NCBI GenBank assembly: GCA_963716745.1
Contig: OY970320.1
Coordinates: 1,568,001 to 1,632,000, forward strand
From: an uncultured Gemmatimonadaceae bacterium
GTDB lineage: Bacteria > Gemmatimonadota > Gemmatimonadetes > Gemmatimonadales > Gemmatimonadaceae
DNA length: 64,000 bases
Reading direction: 5' to 3'
Shown here: positions 56,015-64,000 of the stretch, one piece after another
How positions within the stretch are numbered: position 1 is the stretch's first letter
How the letters are laid out: each line of letters opens with the position of its first letter
Notes under the pieces: generated by a model
The model's input: only the letters and a program-made list of their open reading frames with translations
What the model was told of the DNA's origin: nothing
The model's database searches: none
Program-made: the position numbers and the translations under genes

Positions 56015-57421
56015 ATGCCCTCCCGGACGGTGCACGTGACACCACAAAAGCCACCGAAGGACCCGACGCCCGTCGCGGTGCTGCTCGCGCCGGACCTGAA
56101 AGCGATGCTCGCTCAGGGCGCGTCCGTGGTCGCGGCGGAGACGGAGGAGCTGCATCCGGCGAACCTCGCCGACATCGCGGGGGCGCTGCCGCGGGATCAG
56201 ATCCTCGCGCTGTTGCGCGCGCTGCCGGCCGCGCGCGCCGCCGACCTGCTCGAGTATCTCGACGAGGAACTGCGCACCGAGCTGCTCGAGGAGATGTCGA
56301 GCACGCAGGCCGCGGAGCTCGTCTCGGCGATGACGCCGGACGACCGCGCCGATGCGATCGAGGAGATGGAGGAGCAGCGCGCGGACGAGGTCCTGTCCGA
56401 GATCAAAGGCGATGCGCGCGGCGAGACCGAGCGGTTGCTCGCCTACGATCCGAACAGCGCCGGCGGGCTCATGACCACGGAGTTCGTGGCGGTGTCGCTC
56501 GAGGACACCGTGGAGCGAGCGTGGGAGCGCGTGCGGGCGCTCGCGCGCGCGGGCCGGCGCGAGGCGATGCACGCTGTGTACGCCGTGGACGTCTCGGGCC
56601 GGGTGAAGGGCGTGCTGTCGCTGCGCGAACTGCTCGCCGCGGCGGAAGGCGCGCGCATCGCCGACGTCGCGTGGACCGACATCGTGCGCGTTCCGCCGAC
56701 CGCCGACCGGGAAGAGGTGGCGCGGCTGGTCTCGAAGTACGACCTCGTGGCGGTGCCGGTGGTGGACGATCAACAGCGGTTGTTGGGCGTCGTGACCGTG
56801 GACGACGTGATCGATGCGATCCAGGAGGAGCAGACCGAGGACGTGCAGAAGCTCGGCGCCGTGCAGCCGCTCGAGGCGCCGTACTTCCAGGCGGGGTTCT
56901 GGTCGCTCGCGCGGAAGCGCGGCGGCTGGCTGATCCTGCTGTTCATCGAGGAGATGTTCACGGGCACCGCGCTGCGGCACTACGCCACCGTGCTGGAGGG
57001 CGCGATCGCGCTCGTGTTCTTCGTGCCGCTCATCGTGAGCTCCGGCGGGAATTCCGGATCGCAGAGCGCCACGTTGATCACGCGCGCGCTCGCGGTGGGC
57101 GACGTGGAGCTGAGAGATGCGATGAGAGTGTTCCTGCGCGAGCTCGGCCAGGGCCTGGTGCTCGGAGCGTTCCTAGGCGCGATCGGATTCGTGCGCGCGC
57201 TGATGTGGGGGAACGGGTACGACGTGGCGTTCGTGGTGTCGTTCACGCTGCTGATGGTGGTGCTGACCGGAACGCTGGCGGGCGCGATGCTGCCGCTGCT
57301 GTTCACCCGGCTCGGTTTCGACCCGGCTATCGCGAGCTCCCCGTTCGTCGCATCGTTCGTGGACGTCGCGGGGATCGTGATCTATTTCTCCGTCGCCCAG
57401 CGGTTGTTGGGCGCCGGGTGA
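56015..57421 (+). CDS. mgtE: Magnesium transporter MgtE
   Basis: SAGGLMTTE, CBS pair, VTVDD, GGNSGSQ, DPAIASSPFVASFVD. Confidence 0.95.
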   Translation: MPSRTVHVTPQKPPKDPTPVAVLLAPDLKAMLAQGASVVAAETEELHPANLADIAGALPRDQILALLRALPAARAADLLEYLDEELRTELLEEMSSTQAAELVSAMTPDDRADAIEEMEEQRADEVLSEIKGDARGETERLLAYDPNSAGGLMTTEFVAVSLEDTVERAWERVRALARAGRREAMHAVYAVDVSGRVKGVLSLRELLAAAEGARIADVAWTDIVRVPPTADREEVARLVSKYDLVAVPVVDDQQRLLGVVTVDDVIDAIQEEQTEDVQKLGAVQPLEAPYFQAGFWSLARKRGGWLILLFIEEMFTGTALRHYATVLEGAIALVFFVPLIVSSGGNSGSQSATLITRALAVGDVELRDAMRVFLRELGQGLVLGAFLGAIGFVRALMWGNGYDVAFVVSFTLLMVVLTGTLAGAMLPLLFTRLGFDPAIASSPFVASFVDVAGIVIYFSVAQRLLGAG

Positions 57422-57446
57422 TGCAGCCCCCCTTCAGGAGGAAGGC

Positions 57447-57836
57447 ATGTCGACTCAGAAAGTGGCGCAGCTCTTCGGCATCGTGTTCGTGCTCGTCGGT
57501 GTGCTGGGCTTCGTGCCGATCGCGATGATCGGCGGGAGCATGGACATGAACGGCTCGATGCTGCTGGGGCTCTTCCCGGTGAACATCGTGCACAACATCG
57601 TGCACCTGGCGTTCGGGATCTGGGGGATCATGGCGTCGAAGACCTCCGAGGGCGCGACGATGTACTGCAAGGTGGGCGGCGTGATCTATCTCGCGCTGGG
57701 AGTGCTGGGCTTCACGACGTTCATCCCGGGCACGCTCGTGCCACTGGGCGGCAACGACACGTACCTGCATCTCGTGCTCGGCGCGGTGCTGGCGTACTTC
57801 GGCTTCGCGGGCGCGCCGGCGAAAGTGGCGGCGTAA
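57447..57836 (+). CDS. DUF4383-like membrane protein
   Basis: AGGAGG RBS; FPVN..HNIVHL, YLHL. Confidence 0.75.
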   Translation: MSTQKVAQLFGIVFVLVGVLGFVPIAMIGGSMDMNGSMLLGLFPVNIVHNIVHLAFGIWGIMASKTSEGATMYCKVGGVIYLALGVLGFTTFIPGTLVPLGGNDTYLHLVLGAVLAYFGFAGAPAKVAA

Positions 57837-57850
57837 CGCGGGCGGACCGG

Positions 57851-57880
57851 GGGCGGGGCTCTCGGGCCCCGCCCTTTTTC
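57851..57880 (+). terminator. Intrinsic terminator
   Basis: gggcggggc...gccccgccc ttttt. Confidence 0.75.
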
Positions 57881-57888
57881 GTGCCCGC

Positions 57889-57916
57889 TTGATATACCCC
57901 CAGGGGGTATTAGATT
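57889..57916 (+). promoter_or_regulatory. cop promoter with CsoR operator
   Basis: ATACCCCCAGGGGGTAT palindrome between TTGATA and TAGATT. Confidence 0.85.
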
Positions 57917-57944
57917 CCCTGCTCCCGCCTCTTCGAGGAGCGCC

Positions 57945-58157
57945 ATGCAGCATCTCGACCTCACCATCGACGGCATGAGCTGCGGCCATTGCCTGAATGC
58001 CGTGCGCGGCGCGCTCGCCCGCGTTCCCGGCGTGCGCATCGAGACGGTCTCGATCGGCCGCGCCCGCGTGGAGTTCGATCCCGCCGCGGCGAACGCCGAT
58101 CAGATCGCGGCCGCCGTGTCGGCCGCCGGCTATACGGCGCACGCGATCCCCGCATGA
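57945..58157 (+). CDS. copZ: Copper chaperone (HMA domain)
   Basis: GMSCGHC. Confidence 0.9.
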   Translation: MQHLDLTIDGMSCGHCLNAVRGALARVPGVRIETVSIGRARVEFDPAAANADQIAAAVSAAGYTAHAIPA

Positions 58158-60517
58158 CCTGGCTCGTCGTGCCCGGCGCCGCCGCGGGGATCGGCGGCGT
58201 GCTCTGGTATTTCTTCCCCGACGGGATCCGGCACGCGAAGCCGCATGACCATCGCGCGATGCTGGCCGCCGAGCGCACGGCGGCGAGCATGGTGACGCTG
58301 CCCGTTTCCGGGATGACGTGCGCCGCATGTCAGGCGCGCGTGCAACGCACGCTGCAGGGAGAGCCGGGCGTGGCCGATGCGACGGTGAATCTCATGATGC
58401 ACAACGCGACGGTGCATTACCATCCGGACGCGACCACCCCATCGCGCCTGGTCGAGGCGATACGCGCGACCGGCTATGGCGCCGAGCTGCCCGACCCGTC
58501 GCGCACCGCGCTCGAGGAGCAGGAATCGCAGGAGCGCGAGCGTACGCGAGAGTTCGCATCGCTCAAGGCGAAGGCGGCGGTGAGCGGTGCGATCGGCGCG
58601 GCGGCGATGGCGCTCTCGATGCTCGCGATGGATTGGCGCCCCGCTCCCATGGGTCTTGCTGGCGCTCACGAGCATCGTGATCGCCTGGGCGGGGCGGCAC
58701 ATCTACTCGCGCGCGTGGATGGCGTTCCGCCATCGCTCCGCCGACATGAACACGCTCATCGCCGTCGGCACGGGCGCCGCCTTCCTCTATTCCGTCGCCG
58801 CCACGATCGACCCCGCGTTCTTCCGCGCGAACGGCGTGATGCCCGACCTCTACTACGAAGCGGTGGACATCATCATCGCGCTCGTGCTCGTGGGCAACAT
58901 GCTCGAGGCGCGCGCGACGGGCGAGACGACGCGCGCCCTGCGCGCGCTCGTGCGCCTGCAGCCGCGCACGGCGCGCGTCGTGCGCGCGGGGCTGGAGCAG
59001 GACATCCCGATCGCCGACGTCCGCGCCGGCGATGTCGTGATCGTGCGGCCCGGCGAGCGGATCCCGGTGGACGGCCGCATCACCGCCGGCGCGAGCGCCG
59101 TGGATGAATCCATGGTCACCGGCGAATCGATGCCCGTGGAGAAGACCGCGGGCATGGCCGGTGATCGGCGGCACGATGAACGCCACCGGCTCCTTCCGCT
59201 TCGAGGCCACCACGGTCGGGCGCGAACAGTGTGCTCGCGCGCATCGTGCGCCTCATGCACGAAGCGCAGGGTTCGAAGGCGCCGATCCAGCGGCTCGCCG
59301 ACCGCGTGAGTGCCATCTTCGTGCCCGTGGTGATCTCCATCGCGATCGCCACCTTCGCGATCTGGATGACGGTGGCGCCGGGCGCGCCGTTCGTGCGCGC
59401 CTTCGCCGCCGCGGTCGCCGTGCTCATCATCGCCTGCCCGTGCGCCATGGGGCTCGCCGTGCCCACCGCCGGTGATGGTCGCCACCGGGAAGGGCGCCGA
59501 GCTGGGCATCCTCATCAAGGGCGGCGAGACGCTGCAGCGCGCGCACGAGATCACGACGGTCGTGCTCGACAAGACGGGCACGATCACGGAGGGGAAGCCC
59601 GCGGTGACGGACGTGCTCGTCGCGCCGGACGGGCCGGTGGCCGACCGCGACACGCTGCTCGCGCTCGTCGCCTCGCTCGAGCAGAGCTCGGAGCATCCGC
59701 TCGCCGCCGCGGTCGTGCGCCACGCGCGCGCGCGGTCGCTCGCACTCGTGAACGCCGACCGCTTCGAAGCGCGCGCCGGACTCGGCGCGCGCGCGTGGGT
59801 GGACGGATCGGAAGTGATGGCCGGGAACGCGGCGCTCATGCGCGAACTCGGCGTGGACATCGCGCCGCTCACCGCGGCCGCCGACCACTTCGCCGAGGAA
59901 GGCAAGACGACGCTCTACGTCGCGATCGGCAAGCGGGCGGCCGGATTGCATCGCCGCTGGCCGACACGATCCGCGCGACATCGCGCGAGGGCGTGGCGAA
60001 GCTGCGCGCGATGGGGCTCGAGGTGGTGATGCTCACCGGCGACACCGAGCGCGCGGCGCGCGCGATCGCGGCGCAAGCGGGCGTCGAGCGCGTGGTCGCG
60101 GGCGTTCCTGCCTGAAGGGAAGGCCGCCGAGGTGGCGCGGCTGCAGGACGCGGGCCGCGTGGTGGCGATGGTGGGCGATGGGATCAACGATGCACCGGCG
60201 CTCGCGAAGGCCGACGTCGGCATCGCGATCGGCTCGGGACCGACGTGGCGATGGAGGCAAGCGACATCACGCTCATGCGCGGCGACCTGCGCGGCGTGGC
60301 GCAGGCGATCGCGCTCTCCCGGCGCACGATGCGGATCACGAAGCAGAATCTCTTCTGGGCGTTCATCTACAACGTGATCGGCATCCCGGTGGCCGCCGGC
60401 GCGCTGTATCCGCTGCTCGGCGTGCAGCTGAGCCCGGTGCTCGCGAGCGCGGCAATGGCGCTCAGCTCGGTGAGCGTGGTATCCAACAGTCTTCGGCTGC
60501 GGCGGTTCGCCGCGTGA
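58154..60517 (+). CDS. copA: Cu(I)-translocating P1B-ATPase (several frameshifts)
   Basis: [40 protein letters not shown]. Confidence 0.9.
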
Positions 60518-60527
60518 GGTGCGAGTC

Positions 60528-60892
60528 ATGACGGCGAGAGCGAAACGGACCGCGGCCTGCGCGTGCGGGCTCGAGCACGAATCGCCGAACGGACGCGGTG
60601 CGCGGAAAGCGCACGGCGTGGACGCGGCGACGAAGGCGGCGAACCTGCGGCGGCTGCGGCGCATCGAGGGGCAGGTGCGCGGGCTGCAGAAGATGATCGA
60701 GGAGGATCGCTACTGCGCCGACGTCATGACCCAGATCGGTTCGGTGCACGAAGCGTTGCGCGCGGTGGGGCGCGGCGTGATGGGGAATCATCTGAGATAC
60801 TGTGCGGCGGACGCGATCCGCGGGTCGGACGGCGAGAAGCGCGAGAAGATGTACGACGAGCTGGTGGAGCTCATGTACGGCACGCGCGCTGA
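60528..60892 (+). CDS. csoR: CsoR-family copper repressor (indel before stop)
   Basis: RLRRIEGQVRG, YCADV..Q, HLRYC; TGA at 60890 in shifted frame. Confidence 0.88.
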
Positions 60893-60897
60893 GGCAC

Positions 60898-60976
60898 TGA
60901 GGGAAGAAGGAAGCGGGAAGCGCGAAGCGGGAAGAGAATTCTTCGTCTCTTCCCCTTCCCGCTTCCCGTCTTCCCT
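60898..60976. repeat. Heptamer (GCGGGAA/TTCCCGC) inverted-repeat element
   Basis: gggaagaaggaagcgggaagcgcgaagcgggaag / cttccccttcccgcttcccgtcttccc. Confidence 0.75.
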
Positions 60977-60987
60977 TGTTGGCGCTG

Positions 60988-62887
60988 CTAGACGAGCGCC
61001 GCCTCGCGCCTCGGCTTCTGGTCGGCGGGGTTCGACTCGACCGATTCCGCACGCACGATCCCGTCCTCGAGCCACGTGAGATCGCCCGCCATCACGCGCT
61101 GCGACACTTTGTACAGCGCGGCGTCGTTGGGGCCGAAGAGGTTGCGGAAATGGTCCGCGATGCGCAGGCGGGCCTCATTGCAGAAGAGATCCGCCACCTC
61201 GAGCGCTGAACTGTCGCCTGTCGCCGCGAGTGCCCGTGCCCGCGAGCACGCCGACGCCATCGCGAACAATTCGGCGCCGACATCCACCAGACGGAAGAGC
61301 ACCATCTGCCGCTTCTCGAGCTTCGGACCGAGCCGCACCATCGCGTGGAACACCGAGCGGCCCAGTTTGCGCGTCGTGCGCTCAACGTATCGCACGTGGC
61401 CCGCCAGCCGGCCGAACTCGCCGTAATTGCGGAGCGGCCCGAACATCATCGACGTGTACCACACCGGGTAGAACTTGATCGATCGGCCCGCTGCGGCGAG
61501 CCGCTGCGACATGGTCGCTTGCGGATTCACGAGGTCGAACGCGGTCTTGAAGTGATGGTCCACCGCCTCGCGCGCGATGAACAGGCGCATGATCTCCGAC
61601 GATCCTTCGAAGATCAGGTTGATCCGGGAATCGCGCATCGCGCGCTCGAGCGGGATCGGGTCTTCGCCGCGCGCACGGAGCGAATCGGAGGTCTCATAGC
61701 CGCGGCCGCCGCGGATCTGCAGCGCGTCGTCCACACCGCGCCACGCCGCCTCGCTGTTCCACAGCTTCGCGATCGCAGCCTCGAGCCGGATATCGTACCC
61801 GCCCCGGTCCGCGAGGCCGCTCGACAGCTCGGCCACGGACTCCATCGCGAACACGTTCGCCGCGAGATGCGCGATCTTCTGCGCGACCGCTTCGTGCTTG
61901 CCGATCGGCTGGCCCCACTGCACGCGCTTGTTGGACCATTCGCGCACGATACGCAGCATCTGCTTGGAGCCGTAGGCGCAGCTCGCGGGCAGCGTGAGGC
62001 GCCCGGTGTTGAGCGTGATGAGCGCGAGCTTGAGTCCCTTCCCTTCCGCCCAGATGATGTTCTCGCGCGGCACGCGCACGTTCGTGAACTTGAGCACCGC
62101 GTTCTCGATCGCGCGCAGCCCCATGAAGTGGTTGCGGTGCGTGATCTCGAGCCCCGGCGTCTTCGTCTCGACGATGAAGGCGGTGATCTGCTTCTTCGGC
62201 TTGCCGTCCACGATCGCGTCGGGCGTGCGCGCCATCACGACCATCAGTTCGCAGCGCGTGCCGTTGGTGATCCAGAGCTTCTCGCCGTTGATCACGAACG
62301 ATTTCCCATCCTCGCTCGGCGTCGCGGTGGTGCGCATGTTCGCCGGATCGCTCCCGGCGTCCACTTCGGTGAGCGCGAACGCCGAGATCGCGCCCTTCGC
62401 GAGGCGCGGCAGATACTTCTTCTTCTGCTCGTCGGTGCCGAAGAGCTTGAGCGGGACCGGGCAGTCCGATCGACTGCGCCGCCGAGAGCAGCGCGGTGAG
62501 CGAACCGTCCTTGGATGTCACCATGCCGATCGCGCGGATATAACTCGTCTGCGAGAGGCCCAGCCCGCCGTACTCCACCGGGATCTTGATCCCGAACGCG
62601 CCCATATCGCGCAATTCCTGCACCGCACTCTCGGGGATGCTCCCGTCGCGGTCGATCTTGTCGGAATCGAGACGGTCGAGGAATGCGCGCAGCTTGTCCA
62701 TGAACGGCTTGGCACGCGCCGCTTCTTCCGCCGTCTGCTGCGGGAACGGATCGATCAAGTCGAGGCGGAAGCGCCCGAGGAACAATTCCTTCAGGAAGCT
62801 CGGCGACGTCCACTCGCTCTCGCGCGCGGACTCCGCGACGTCGCGGGCTTCCTGCTCGCTGGCATGGCCGTGCGAAGACGGTGACAT
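60988..62887 (-). CDS. Acyl-CoA dehydrogenase, frameshift near 62460
   Basis: AFALTEVDAGSD, NGEKLWITNG, LNTGR, QIRGGRGY, IFEGSSEI. Confidence 0.92.
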
Positions 62888-63002
62888 GGCGTGCCTTCGG
62901 TGGCTGAGTTGGCGGTGCCCGGCCGGCGGCCGGCGGACGGAGCACCTCCGTCCTGAGGGGAAGTTATACCCGGCAAGCGACGGAGTACACTCGCGATTCG
63001 TG

Positions 63003-63713
63003 CTATGCGGGCGCTTTTCGGTCGCGGTAAATCATGAGCGACGCACCGCCCAGCGCGATCGCGGCGAACAGGAACCACTGGATTGCGTAGTTGAGGTGCG
63101 GCCCCTCGTCGAGCGACGGGGCCGCCAAGCGGACGGGCGCGCCGGCGGCCGCCGGCGCGGCGCTGTCGCGCTGCGCGACGACATAGAACATCGCGATCGG
63201 GAACGGGAACGCCCCGGGCATCTCTTTCGCGTCCATGCGGCGCCACGCATTCGCGGTGGACGCGGTGCGCGCCGGCCCCTTGCCGTCGGTCACGAACTCC
63301 TCGACGTAGCCGTTCAGCACCTGATGCGGCGCTTCGTCGAACTTGGAGACGTCCACCGTTTGCGCATCGGGCGAGTACACCCAGCCGCGATTCACCAGCA
63401 CCACGCGGTCGCTGGGTTCCACTTTGAACGGCGTGATGATGTACACGCCGGGCGCGCCGTCATGCGATTCGCCGGCGATCACGACTTGATGATCGAAGTC
63501 GAAGGTGCCGACCGCGCGCACCGGGCGCCAACGGCGGGCGCCGGCAATGAGGCTGAACGGACCGACTGGCGGCGCGATGATGCGAGTGAGTTTCACGTCG
63601 TTCGCAAGGCGGCGTTGCTTGAGCCGGTCGAGCTGCCAGAAGCCGAGCCGCACGAACAGCGCCGCGGCGGCGATGCCGAGCAGGGCGGCGAGGATTTGTC
63701 GGCGGGAGAGCAT
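63003..63713 (-). CDS. SURF1 family protein
   Basis: LGFWQLDR, VLVNRGWV, HLNYAIQWF. Confidence 0.9.
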   Translation of the reverse strand: MLSRRQILAALLGIAAAALFVRLGFWQLDRLKQRRLANDVKLTRIIAPPVGPFSLIAGARRWRPVRAVGTFDFDHQVVIAGESHDGAPGVYIITPFKVEPSDRVVLVNRGWVYSPDAQTVDVSKFDEAPHQVLNGYVEEFVTDGKGPARTASTANAWRRMDAKEMPGAFPFPIAMFYVVAQRDSAAPAAAGAPVRLAAPSLDEGPHLNYAIQWFLFAAIALGGASLMIYRDRKAPA

Positions 63714-63822
63714 GGGGGAAAGATAACGGCGGTGGCGGACTGTCGGCTGTCGGCTGTCGCCTGCCTTCCGTCGCGCCACGGGGAGTCCTAGCTTCGAAGC
63801 CGGACCCCTCTGGAGATTGGTC

Positions 63823-64000
63823 ATGCGCCCCATGAAGTACGCAGCGACACTCGCCCTCGGCATCGCGCTCCCGCTCGGTGCTCAGAATGCGGCGATCGCA
63901 CCCAATGAGAATCTCGTCGCCGATGGATTGCCCCCGATCCCGGCGAGCATCGCGGCGGCGGCCGCGCCGTATACCGAATTCCGATCGGTAGCGCTCTGGG
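63823..64000 (+). CDS. Probable S9-family peptidase, N-terminus only
   Basis: GGAG RBS, signal peptide, PNENLVADGLPPIP...YTEFRS. Confidence 0.5.
   Translation, partial: MRPMKYAATLALGIALPLGAQNAAIAPNENLVADGLPPIPASIAAAAAPYTEFRSVALW

Overview
High-GC bacterial chromosome segment. The gene content (tandem Ser/Thr kinase-TPR genes, DUF4384, DUF5916, carboxypeptidase-regulatory-domain protein) suggests Gemmatimonadota, which is an inference. Many conserved genes carry small frameshifts, most simply explained as uncorrected long-read errors. Contents: Zn-dehydrogenase, an exported peroxiredoxin with an in-frame UGA at the catalytic position and a SECIS-like hairpin (probable selenoprotein missed by the ORF track), glycerate kinase-aguB-aguA, SPFH, NlpC/P60, CapA, GDPD, two Ser/Thr kinases, a 3-ketoglycoside-type sugar catabolism cluster, an orphan diheme protein, an ECF sigma/YciI-like anti-sigma module with two divergent paralogues, tRNA-Gln(CTG), three tandem repeat-stalk zinc-metalloprotease lipoproteins, tRNA-Ala(CGC), threonine dehydratase, RNase Z, a TonB receptor, mgtE, a CsoR-controlled copZA operon, acyl-CoA dehydrogenase and SURF1. 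The most unusual signals are non-coding: two tandem structured modules in the tRNA-Ala trailer, a ~175-nt G-U-biased hairpin ahead of the sugar operon, a 37-bp tandem/inverted repeat element, and several families of short-period intergenic palindromes. Family names come from motif recognition, not database searches.
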